A stretch of 42,956 nucleotides of DNA from a virus, in the IMG/VR virus record IMGVR_UViG_3300045988_080709; one strand, 5' to 3'. This document shows, in pieces, positions 1-5,730 of this stretch (positions within the stretch are counted from its first letter, which is position 1; the number at the start of each line of letters is the position of its first letter). The position numbers and the translations under genes were made by a program. Under the pieces are notes generated by a model. The model was not told where the DNA came from. It was given only the letters and a program-made list of their open reading frames with translations, and searched no databases.

Positions 1-99
1 AATGGCACCAGGGGTGAATGGCAGGCGGCAGCCTGACAGAGGGGCTTTCCCCTCTTAAATTCAGATTCCAACTACTTCAAAGCGAAGTATGGAATAGAG
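1..99. repeat. Terminal direct repeat copy 1 (identical to 42858-42956)
   Basis: Compared base by base: 99/99 identical. Bases 1-36 are the duplicated 3' end, including TGA, of the tail-fibre CDS 40941-42893. Confidence 0.95.
38..55 (+). terminator. Hairpin after the tail-fibre gene (duplicate of 42895-42912)
   Basis: AGAGGGG-cttt-CCCCTCT, a 7-bp perfect stem 1 nt after the stop. Only a weak T tract follows. Confidence 0.45.
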
Positions 100-133
100 C
101 AGCTGATGAAATACGCGAAAAGGAGGGTAAGCA

Positions 134-490
134 TTGAAAGCAAGATTCGTAGCAGAACAACCAGCAGTACGCTGGCAGCCGCTTGACAATGGCATGGTAG
201 ATGTGACGATCTGTCTTAACGGTCAGGAGGTAACTGATGAAAGCTCCCAGGTGGACGAGTTTGGAGAGACACACACAACCAAGGACGCCTACTGGGAATA
301 TGATTTCAACCAGTTCCGTGATTCCACGGATAACATAACCAGAGAGGGCGTGGAGAGCAATCCGGAAAGATATCTGGACTACACGCCATCACAACCCAAA
401 AGCCTTGAGGAACAGGTGCAGGAACAGGCAGAAACAATCCAGATTCTGACAGAATGCCTGCTGGAAATGTCGGAGGCGGTCTATGTGTAA
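134..490 (+). CDS. Hypothetical protein, tail-fibre-adjacent (XkdW-like position)
   Basis: TTG start 6 nt after AGGAGGG (121-127); 118 aa; acidic C-terminal helix SLEEQVQEQAETIQILTECLLEMSEAVY. Confidence 0.7.
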   Translation: MKARFVAEQPAVRWQPLDNGMVDVTICLNGQEVTDESSQVDEFGETHTTKDAYWEYDFNQFRDSTDNITREGVESNPERYLDYTPSQPKSLEEQVQEQAETIQILTECLLEMSEAVYV

Positions 491-539
491 CTTATTAACC
501 AATCTCATGATTATGATAACAGGAAAGGACGGTAAAGAA

Positions 540-671
540 ATGATGGCAATGTTATGGGCACAGCAGATCATGCTGGGAAAGAAAACTTATGAACAGGTTC
601 CGCGCCTGCTGAAAGAAAAAGTAAAAGAGATTCTGGCGGACTCTGGCATGGAGGAACTGGTTGAGGAGTGA
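540..671 (+). CDS. Small XkdX-like protein (43 aa)
   Basis: ATG 540 follows AGGAAAGGA (521-529). MMAMLWAQQIMLGKKTYEQVPRLLKEKVKEIL resembles small XkdX-type proteins found after tail fibres. The track ORF start at 483 has no RBS. Confidence 0.55.
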   Translation: MMAMLWAQQIMLGKKTYEQVPRLLKEKVKEILADSGMEELVEE

Positions 672-880
672 TGACGAAACTAAGTATCATCACCAGGCTC
701 TGGTCTCACATCACAGACCTGAGGATGCTCATCCGTGGCCAGGGGAATAAAACCCTGGCCCAGATCGAGGAGGAATTGGATATAACGGAATACTACTGCA
801 GGCCATATGCCGATGCAGATGATGTGGATAAACATAATGAGATCAGAGCAGGACCGGAAACGGTCTTATTTTATTTATAA
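668..880 (+). CDS. Hypothetical protein
   Basis: Track ORF of 70 aa, GTG 668 / ATG 671 overlapping the upstream stop. No well-spaced RBS and no recognisable motif. Confidence 0.45.
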   Translation: MMTKLSIITRLWSHITDLRMLIRGQGNKTLAQIEEELDITEYYCRPYADADDVDKHNEIRAGPETVLFYL

Positions 881-903
881 AAATCATGAAGGAGACAGGA
901 TAC

Positions 904-1131
904 ATGGAAACAATCATATCAGCCTGCATCTCTGCATGTGTTACTCTAATTGTCTGCTTGATCAGTAACCGGAGCCAGCAGGAAAAAACGCGGGCATTGA
1001 TGGAATATAAGCTGGAAGAGCTTACAAAAAAGGTGGAGAAGCATAACTCGGTCGTGGAAAGAACCTACATTTTGGAAGAGAAAATGAAGGTTGCCAACCA
1101 CAGGATTGAGGATTTGGAAAAGGAGAGATGA
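904..1131 (+). CDS. Membrane-anchored coiled-coil protein, lysis-module associated
   Basis: ATG 904 lies 9 nt after AAGGAG. It has an N-terminal TM segment (IISACISACVTLIVCLI) and then a heptad-like coiled coil. It sits just upstream of the holin. Confidence 0.65.
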   Translation: METIISACISACVTLIVCLISNRSQQEKTRALMEYKLEELTKKVEKHNSVVERTYILEEKMKVANHRIEDLEKER

Positions 1132-1135
1132 AAAA

Positions 1136-1396
1136 ATGAATAATGAAGAATTTTTAGCATTATGCAAGAAAACCGTTATGGATTATTTTAATGAGCACGC
1201 TGACAAAACGGATCGGAAACAGATCACCGAAGAGGATGTATTTATTGTGTGGAGCTGTAAAACGTTGCAGAACAATAAAGCCCTGGTAAGCACTACGGTG
1301 TCGGATGGCATGTATTACGAGATCACTCACAACGGGGATAAAAAAGAAACGTATGTAGATGCATATAAAAAATGGGAGAACTTTGTTGTACGATAG
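1136..1396 (+). CDS. Hypothetical protein (86 aa)
   Basis: ATG 1136 follows AAAGGAGAG. The ORF is in frame with track ORF 1091-1396, whose TTG start lies inside the upstream gene. Confidence 0.65.
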   Translation: MNNEEFLALCKKTVMDYFNEHADKTDRKQITEEDVFIVWSCKTLQNNKALVSTTVSDGMYYEITHNGDKKETYVDAYKKWENFVVR

Positions 1397-1408
1397 GAGG
1401 TATTAATC

Positions 1409-1696
1409 ATGGATTTAAGCTTTTTGACAAATTATATCAACCCGGTGATCTTAGGCATCTGCCTGCTGGTGGGGTATGTGATCAAGACAGCAATACCGGC
1501 AATCAAGAACAGGTACATACCGTTGGCAGCATTGGCAATGGGTACTATCATTGCGATACTCATCAACATGAGCAGCGGCATTAATGCAGAAGTGATCCTG
1601 GGTGGAATGATATCCGGATTGGCGAGCACCGGATTGTATGAAATGCTGCGGAACTTGATAAGCAAGGATGGTAAAAAGGAGACAGAGGGCGAGTAA
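1409..1696 (+). CDS. Holin
   Basis: 95 aa with multiple TM helices (PVILGICLLVGYVI, LAALAMGTIIAILI, ILGGMISGLASTGLY) and a charged C-terminus. AGGAGG RBS. Located upstream of the endolysin. Confidence 0.85.
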   Translation: MDLSFLTNYINPVILGICLLVGYVIKTAIPAIKNRYIPLAALAMGTIIAILINMSSGINAEVILGGMISGLASTGLYEMLRNLISKDGKKETEGE

Positions 1697-1742
1697 AATC
1701 GCTCTCTTTTTGCGCCGGCGAACCGGCAGAAAGGAGAAATAT

Positions 1743-2237
1743 ATGAAATTTGAACAGGCTTTAAAAGAAATGAAAAGAGGAATACCCATGAAGTTGCCAT
1801 CTTGGGGAGGATATTGGTGCTGGGATGATGATGTACAAAGCATAATTATGTATACAAAGGATAATCAGAGGTTGGATATCAGGGAAACGCAGAGAGTGGA
1901 ATACACCCTCATGAATGTGCTGTCAGATGAGTGGATATCTGCTGATGGAAATAATACAACAATCCTTGGCGGTACACCGACATTTAATTTCGGCGAAGCG
2001 ATTAAATACCTGAAACGGGGCATGAGGGTATCCCGTAAGGGATGGAATGGTAAAAAGCAGTACATTCAGCTTGCTACTGGCATCTCTTACAAATCTGCGT
2101 CTGGTGACATTGTAAACTGTGAGCACGAAGCAATTGGTAACATGGCTATTGCATTTGTGGGTACATCTGGTGTACAGATGGGATGGCTGGCGTCTCAGGC
2201 AGATATGCTGGCAAATGATTGGATGTTCGTAGATTAA
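1743..2237 (+). CDS. Tandem DUF2829 (Tad2-like) protein
   Basis: ATG 1743 follows GAAAGGAG. The C-terminal half, FNFGEAIKYLKRGMRVSRKGWNGKKQYIQL...GWLASQADMLANDWMFVD, matches the DUF2829 signature as I recall it. The N-terminal half, MKFEQALKEMKRGIPMKLPSW...LSDEWISAD, is a shorter second copy. Confidence 0.8.
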   Translation: MKFEQALKEMKRGIPMKLPSWGGYWCWDDDVQSIIMYTKDNQRLDIRETQRVEYTLMNVLSDEWISADGNNTTILGGTPTFNFGEAIKYLKRGMRVSRKGWNGKKQYIQLATGISYKSASGDIVNCEHEAIGNMAIAFVGTSGVQMGWLASQADMLANDWMFVD

Positions 2238-2273
2238 TTTGCGCCGGCACAATACCGGAGAAAGGAGTAACAC

Positions 2274-3290
2274 ATGACGAAGACAGAAGCAATCAATAAG
2301 ATGATTCAGACCGCAAAAGCAGAGGTTGGGTACCTGGAAAAGCGAAGCAACAGTAATCTGGACAATAAGACCGCAAACGCCGGGGATAGCAACTACACCA
2401 AATACTGGCGTGACATTATGCCATCTTACCAGGGCCAGCCGTGGTGTGCTGCATTTGTGAGTTGGGTATTGATGCAGGCGTTTGGGCAGGCCAACGCCAA
2501 AAAGCTGTTGAAACACTGGCCCTATGTATATGTACCCACGCTGGCCGGGGATTTTACCAACTATGCCAATCCGCAGGTTGGTGATATCGTGATGTTTAAG
2601 CGTGGCGGCGTATTTACTCATACAGGCATTGTAACGGGTGTTAATGGTGATTATTTTACAACTGTAGAGGGTAATACCAGCGGTGGCAGTACGATCATTG
2701 CCAATGGCGGCGGTGTATGCAGTAAAGGGTATTACAACAGCAATCTGCCGGGGACTAAGTTTGCACGGCTTGATTGGAGTATCGTAGCTGGACAGGCCTC
2801 TTCTGGCACATCCACTGTGGCAGATATACCAATCAGCATGGGTGCGAATGGCCTTACAATCACAGGTAATAACCTCAACGTCAGGAGGGAGCCGGGTGGC
2901 CAAATTGTTGGACAGCTGAACAAAGGTGACCGCATCGGATGTGATAAGCGCCGCTGGGTAGGCGGTACATGCTGGTTCCATTACGCAGATGGCTGGGTAT
3001 CTGGAGATTACCTGGACGGCTGGATCTGCGAGGCCGGGAAGTGGTGGTACATTACTGCCGGTTATAAGTATCCAAAGAACGACTGGAAGCAAACTGGCGG
3101 AGCCTGGTACTATTTCGATAAAGAAGGATGGATGGTGACGGGCTGGATTGAGTGGAAAAAGAACTCGTATTATTTAAAACCGTCAGGAGCAATGGCGGCG
3201 GATGAGCTGGTAAGGACAGGCGGCAAGGTCTACTACGTGGACAAGTCTGGTAAGATGTGTTATACTGATAAAACAGGAGCACTACTGTAA
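2274..3290 (+). CDS. Endolysin: CHAP/NlpC-P60-type amidase plus SH3-like and choline-binding-like wall-binding repeats
   Basis: Catalytic-Cys context QPWCAAFVSWVL and His context FTHTGIV. C-terminal GW/YY repeats (GAWYYFDKEGWMVTGW, NSYYLKPSGAM, GKVYYVDKSGKM). Confidence 0.9.
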   Translation: MTKTEAINKMIQTAKAEVGYLEKRSNSNLDNKTANAGDSNYTKYWRDIMPSYQGQPWCAAFVSWVLMQAFGQANAKKLLKHWPYVYVPTLAGDFTNYANPQVGDIVMFKRGGVFTHTGIVTGVNGDYFTTVEGNTSGGSTIIANGGGVCSKGYYNSNLPGTKFARLDWSIVAGQASSGTSTVADIPISMGANGLTITGNNLNVRREPGGQIVGQLNKGDRIGCDKRRWVGGTCWFHYADGWVSGDYLDGWICEAGKWWYITAGYKYPKNDWKQTGGAWYYFDKEGWMVTGWIEWKKNSYYLKPSGAMAADELVRTGGKVYYVDKSGKMCYTDKTGALL

Positions 3291-3325
3291 CTATCAACGC
3301 ACAGAGGGCAACTGTAAAACGCTGT

Positions 3326-3356
3326 AAGGTCCCTGGTTTCCCGCCGGGGCCTTTTT
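3326..3356 (+). terminator. Intrinsic terminator of the lysis operon
   Basis: AAGGTCCC / GGGGCCTT stem with one U-G wobble that exists only in plus-strand RNA, followed by TTTTT (3352-3356). Confidence 0.7.
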
Positions 3357-3361
3357 AGTGC

Positions 3362-3433
3362 CATAAATAAAGAGACTATACATAAAGTATAGCCTCTCAG
3401 ATAAAGAAGGAAATGGTGGAAGTATTACCAGTT
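3362..3433 (-). ncRNA. Candidate ~70-nt sRNA (promoter-to-terminator unit)
   Basis: Begins about 7 nt after the -10 of promoter 3440-3468. Pyrimidine-rich 5' part CUUCCACCAUUUCCUUCUUUAUCU. 11-bp terminator hairpin (3371-3397) whose single non-Watson-Crick pair is G-U on the minus strand but A-C on the plus strand. It is followed by UUAUUUAU. Confidence 0.5.
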
Positions 3434-3439
3434 TTTTCA

Positions 3440-3468
3440 ATAATAACGCTTGGAAGCTCTGATGTCAA
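3440..3468 (-). promoter_or_regulatory. Sigma-A-type promoter TTGACA-17-TATTAT
   Basis: Minus strand reads acTTGACAtcagagcttccaagcgtTATTATtgaaaaaac. It lies immediately downstream of terminator 3471-3501. Confidence 0.55.
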
Positions 3469-3470
3469 GT

Positions 3471-3501
3471 ACAAAACAGCCGACACCATTACAGTGCCGG
3501 C
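3471..3501 (-). terminator. Intrinsic terminator of the 61-aa/75-aa cassette
   Basis: Minus-strand RNA GCCGGCAC-uguaaug-GUGUCGGC, 8 bp with one G-U that would be A-C on the plus strand, followed by UGUUUUGU. Confidence 0.6.
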
Positions 3502-3602
3502 CGCCGTATAAGATTAGAGGATGCAAGCTCCCCCTGGTTGCGTTTTAATAATACAACATAATGGGGATTAGTGCAATAGATAATCGTTGACAATTTTCGA
3601 CG

Positions 3603-3830
3603 TTAATCCTCTTTTAGTAGCCCACGTTCGTGTGCTTCTTTTACTATACGTTCAAATAATTCATCTGTAGGCTCAAATTTGCCCAGATCCGCTTCATTGT
3701 CCATTTCTTTTGCATTTCCTGCAGCTTCATCCCTGACACGCTGGCATATCCATTCAAGAAATCCTGGGTCCTGTTCAAATTCTGGGTTAGCCTCAAAATC
3801 TGGGTCATATGTTTTCTTTCTGTTTGACAT
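3603..3830 (-). CDS. Acidic 75-aa hypothetical protein
   Basis: The ATG at 3830 (MSNRKK...) is 8 nt after GGAGG; the track ORF extends to GTG 3839. Very acidic (DPDFEANPEFEQDPGF..., EMDNEADLGKFEPTDELFERIVKEAHERGLLKED). No family recognised. Confidence 0.7.
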   Translation of the reverse strand: MSNRKKTYDPDFEANPEFEQDPGFLEWICQRVRDEAAGNAKEMDNEADLGKFEPTDELFERIVKEAHERGLLKED

Positions 3831-3835
3831 TTTCA

Positions 3836-3868
3836 TCACCTCCGAATTAAGTTTAATATCGGAGGTGA
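3836..3868 (-). promoter_or_regulatory. Perfect 10-bp hairpin sequestering the Shine-Dalgarno of CDS 3603-3830
   Basis: TCACCTCCGA (3836-3845) and TCGGAGGTGA (3859-3868) form a perfect inverted repeat with a 13-nt loop. In the minus-strand mRNA the 3' arm UCGGAGGUGA contains the GGAGG used by the ATG at 3830. Confidence 0.65.
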
Positions 3869-3895
3869 TAATAGGCTACTGGTAAATGTTGGAAG

Positions 3896-4081
3896 TTATG
3901 CGGAGGCGTGCTGCCTGTACCGGTATCCCTTGGGGCGTTCCTCTGGATAAGTCCGATAATAGAGGTATAAAGCATATTGCACAGATACGTTCCCGTGTGC
4001 TGGCAGATTTGGGTTCCGGTCCAATGCCGCCCTATATAATAGGTAGGCATCGTGATTCTCAAAAATAATATTCTCTTTCAT
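3896..4081 (-). CDS. Possible 61-aa basic, Tyr-rich protein (first ORF of the cassette)
   Basis: ATG 4081 lies 8 nt after GAAAGAAGG and about 43 nt after the predicted TSS of promoter 4131-4159. Sequence MKENIIFENHDAYLLYRAALDRNPNL...YRTYPEERPKGYRYRQHASA. Two other frames are also open here, so a long structured leader remains an alternative. Confidence 0.4.
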   Translation of the reverse strand: MKENIIFENHDAYLLYRAALDRNPNLPAHGNVSVQYALYLYYRTYPEERPKGYRYRQHASA

Positions 4082-4130
4082 TCGTGCAACCTTCTTTCAA
4101 AAAACAGAACATTTGTTTGTTGTATACTTA

Positions 4131-4159
4131 ATTATACGAACGTATATTCTGTTTGTCAA
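4131..4159 (-). promoter_or_regulatory. Perfect TTGACA-17-TATAAT promoter with a Cheo/LexA-box-like palindrome in the spacer
   Basis: Minus strand reads TTGACAaacaGAATATACGTTCgTATAAT. On the plus strand 4137-4150 is CGAACGTATATTCT, 12/14 to CGAACRNRYGTTYC. Confidence 0.65.
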
Positions 4160-4175
4160 CTGTATAAAATCACCA

Positions 4176-4204
4176 TTGACAGATATCGCAAAATACTATA
4201 AAAT
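4176..4204 (+). promoter_or_regulatory. Divergent promoter TTGACA-17-TAAAAT reading into the attP core
   Basis: TTGACA at 4176-4181, a 17-nt spacer, TAAAAT at 4199-4204. It stands back-to-back with promoter 4131-4159; the -35 boxes are 16 bp apart. Confidence 0.5.
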
Positions 4205-4210
4205 TGTAAT

Positions 4211-4228
4211 GTGTCAATCTCGTGTCAT
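4211..4228 (+). repeat. P-arm GTGTCA(A/T) direct repeats (candidate integrase arm sites)
   Basis: GTGTCAA at 4211-4217 and GTGTCAT at 4222-4228. The same heptamer family recurs at 4427-4474. Confidence 0.4.
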
Positions 4229-4278
4229 AGAGATAGGCAAGACACCAGCATTTATGCGGTTCCGTGGCAGTAAGGTAA

Positions 4279-4325
4279 CATGACTTTTAATCAAGTTGTC
4301 CGGGGTTCGAATCCCCGATGCTTCA
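4279..4325 (+). other. attP core: 3' part of a tRNA-Lys(UUU) gene (anticodon arm to discriminator)
   Basis: CATGA-CTTTTAA-TCAAG anticodon arm, TTGTC variable loop, CGGGG-TTCGAAT-CCCCG T arm, ATGCTTC acceptor 3' strand plus A. No matching 5' acceptor strand or D arm at canonical spacing. It lies 145 nt from the integrase gene. Confidence 0.7.
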
Positions 4326-4336
4326 CTCTCAGTATA

Positions 4337-4378
4337 TGGCTTGAACCCCAGTGTTTACAAGGGTTTCGGCCATTTTTT
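4337..4378 (+). terminator. Intrinsic terminator downstream of the tRNA-like core
   Basis: TGGCTTGAACCC / GGGTTTCGGCCA: a 12-position stem with one mismatch and two U-G/G-U wobbles valid only on the plus strand, then TTTTTT (4373-4378). Confidence 0.65.
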
Positions 4379-4424
4379 GTTGTCTAAAAAGTATGGCAAA
4401 GTATACGAAAGTAATGCAGTTTAA

Positions 4425-4474
4425 ATGTGTCATTTTGGTGTCATGGAAGAGGTAATGTATCATTTTCGTATCAC
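4425..4474 (+). repeat. P'-arm direct repeats ATGT(G/A)TCATTTT plus GT(G/A)TCA(T/C)
   Basis: ATGTGTCATTTT at 4425-4436 and ATGTATCATTTT at 4455-4466, exactly 30 bp apart. GTGTCAT at 4438-4444 and GTATCAC at 4468-4474. Confidence 0.5.
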
Positions 4475-5574
4475 ATCTCAAAGGCTTTGTCTGCCGCTCC
4501 GGCAGCGTCTTCCTTATCCAGTACAATATGGTTATACACCTCCATGACCATCCTCTCAGTATCCCCCAACATCTCAGCAATCTTTTTGATGGAGATCATT
4601 GGTATCTGGTAGCAGAGGTTGGTGCAGTAATTGTGCCTGAATACATGGGCTGTAAGACCTGTAATAGGCTCCTCAGAGACCGCCTGCATGGCTTTGATGA
4701 TACGTGCCCACATCTTATCATAACTGCTCTTTGTGATCGGCTGACCATTGCGCATGACAAAGAGCTGGGTGCGCTTTAGTGATTTGACATAAGCCTCAAT
4801 GACCGGGAAAACTACTGCCGGTATGGGGACAGTACGATACCCATTGTCCGTCTTTGGGCATTTGGGTGCAGGCTTGTCATTTACAAATCCTATAGCTTTG
4901 TTAACGGTCAGTGTGCGCCGCTTGAGGTCTACGTCAAATTTGGTGAGTGGCAGGGCTTCTCCACGCCGTAGACCACAACCGTACAGGATATACACAAATG
5001 CCTGGTCTTGTGTGGATAACTCAGCCGCAAACAGAGCTTTTTGTTCATAATTGGTCAGTGGCCGCTTTTCAGCCGGACGATATTTGATCGTATCCATATT
5101 ATTGAAAATATCCTCCATGACATTGGCTGCAAAAAGCTGATCAGAGACAGCGGAGCGCAATACTTGCTTAAATGTGAGCTGGATTTGCTGCTGAGTGCGC
5201 TTTTTATCACTGGTGTTGGTCATCAGCATTTGATAGTGCACCCGGCCTATGTCCTGCAGCTTGACGCCTTTTAAAATCACAAAATGCTTGTCTATGATGT
5301 TTTTATACATTGCCTGAGTATTGGTCTCCTTCCCGGCCTTGTAGACATCCATCCACGCCTTTGCATAATCGTAAAAGGTTACGTCTGATATACGCAGGTG
5401 TTTACGCGTCTCCACGTCCTGGTTGAACTGGTTTACTTTGTTCTCCAGGTCCTTACTGCTCTTTTTACTGCGCAAGGTCACGTAGTGCTTTGTGCCGTCA
5501 TCATTGTAACCACCGTCCCAGACGCGTGTCTGGAAGTATCCGTTTTTCTGCTTGGTATATTTTGCTTTTGCCAT
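4471..5574 (-). CDS. int: Tyrosine recombinase / phage integrase
   Basis: 367 aa. Catalytic contexts GLRRGEAL (Arg), HVFRHNY (His-x-x-Arg) and a C-terminal ...MVMEVYNHI (Tyr). N-terminal SAM-like arm/core-binding region. AGGAGG RBS. Confidence 0.95.
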   Translation of the reverse strand: MAKAKYTKQKNGYFQTRVWDGGYNDDGTKHYVTLRSKKSSKDLENKVNQFNQDVETRKHLRISDVTFYDYAKAWMDVYKAGKETNTQAMYKNIIDKHFVILKGVKLQDIGRVHYQMLMTNTSDKKRTQQQIQLTFKQVLRSAVSDQLFAANVMEDIFNNMDTIKYRPAEKRPLTNYEQKALFAAELSTQDQAFVYILYGCGLRRGEALPLTKFDVDLKRRTLTVNKAIGFVNDKPAPKCPKTDNGYRTVPIPAVVFPVIEAYVKSLKRTQLFVMRNGQPITKSSYDKMWARIIKAMQAVSEEPITGLTAHVFRHNYCTNLCYQIPMISIKKIAEMLGDTERMVMEVYNHIVLDKEDAAGAADKAFEM

Positions 5575-5695
5575 GATATCATCCTCCTTGTGGTAAAAAT
5601 GGGTGCAAAAAAGACAGATGGTCTCTTGCCACCTGTCACCGAAGATGATACAATATAGGTGCGAATCTATATGTGTATCTCTTCGGAGATATGGT

Positions 5696-5726
5696 CCGGT
5701 TCCTGTTGGCGCAGGGGCCGGTTTTT
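5696..5726 (+). terminator. Plus-strand intrinsic terminator with no plus-strand gene upstream
   Basis: CCGGTTCCTG-ttggcg-CAGGGGCCGG, 10 bp with two U-G wobbles that become C-A mismatches on the minus strand, followed by TTTTT (5722-5726). Confidence 0.55.
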
Positions 5727-5730
5727 AATT

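Noticed and set aside
1-99. A physical direct terminal repeat (DTR packaging)
   Set aside because: A length of exactly 99 bp, the cut through a CDS and the SPP1-like headful packaging genes make an assembly overlap of a circularly permuted genome more likely. This cannot be settled without reads.
1923-3092. 389-aa minus-strand ORF, the longest antisense ORF in the lysis region
   Set aside because: It lies entirely antisense to the well-supported DUF2829 and endolysin CDSs. It has Cys/Pro/Arg-rich low-complexity composition, no RBS and no recognisable motif. It is a shadow ORF.
3413-3511. 32-aa plus-strand ORF (MVEVLPVFSIITLGSS...) antisense to the candidate sRNA, considered as a type I toxin
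   Set aside because: The hydrophobic stretch is too short for a TM helix. The RBS is only 2-3 nt from the ATG. No plus-strand promoter follows the lysis terminator.
3853-4068. Overlapping 69-aa (minus, TTG start) and 60-aa (plus) ORFs in the accessory region
   Set aside because: Neither has an RBS or a promoter in the right orientation. The 61-aa minus-strand frame (3896-4081) is the only one with a well-spaced RBS just downstream of a predicted TSS. That three frames are open here is also why ORF61 gets only 0.4 confidence.
4240-4325. A complete tRNA-Lys gene
   Set aside because: Only the anticodon arm, variable loop, T arm and 3' acceptor strand are present. The upstream sequence gives at most 5 acceptor base pairs and leaves 27 nt where about 20 are needed, with no D arm. 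It is interpreted as the attP identity segment.
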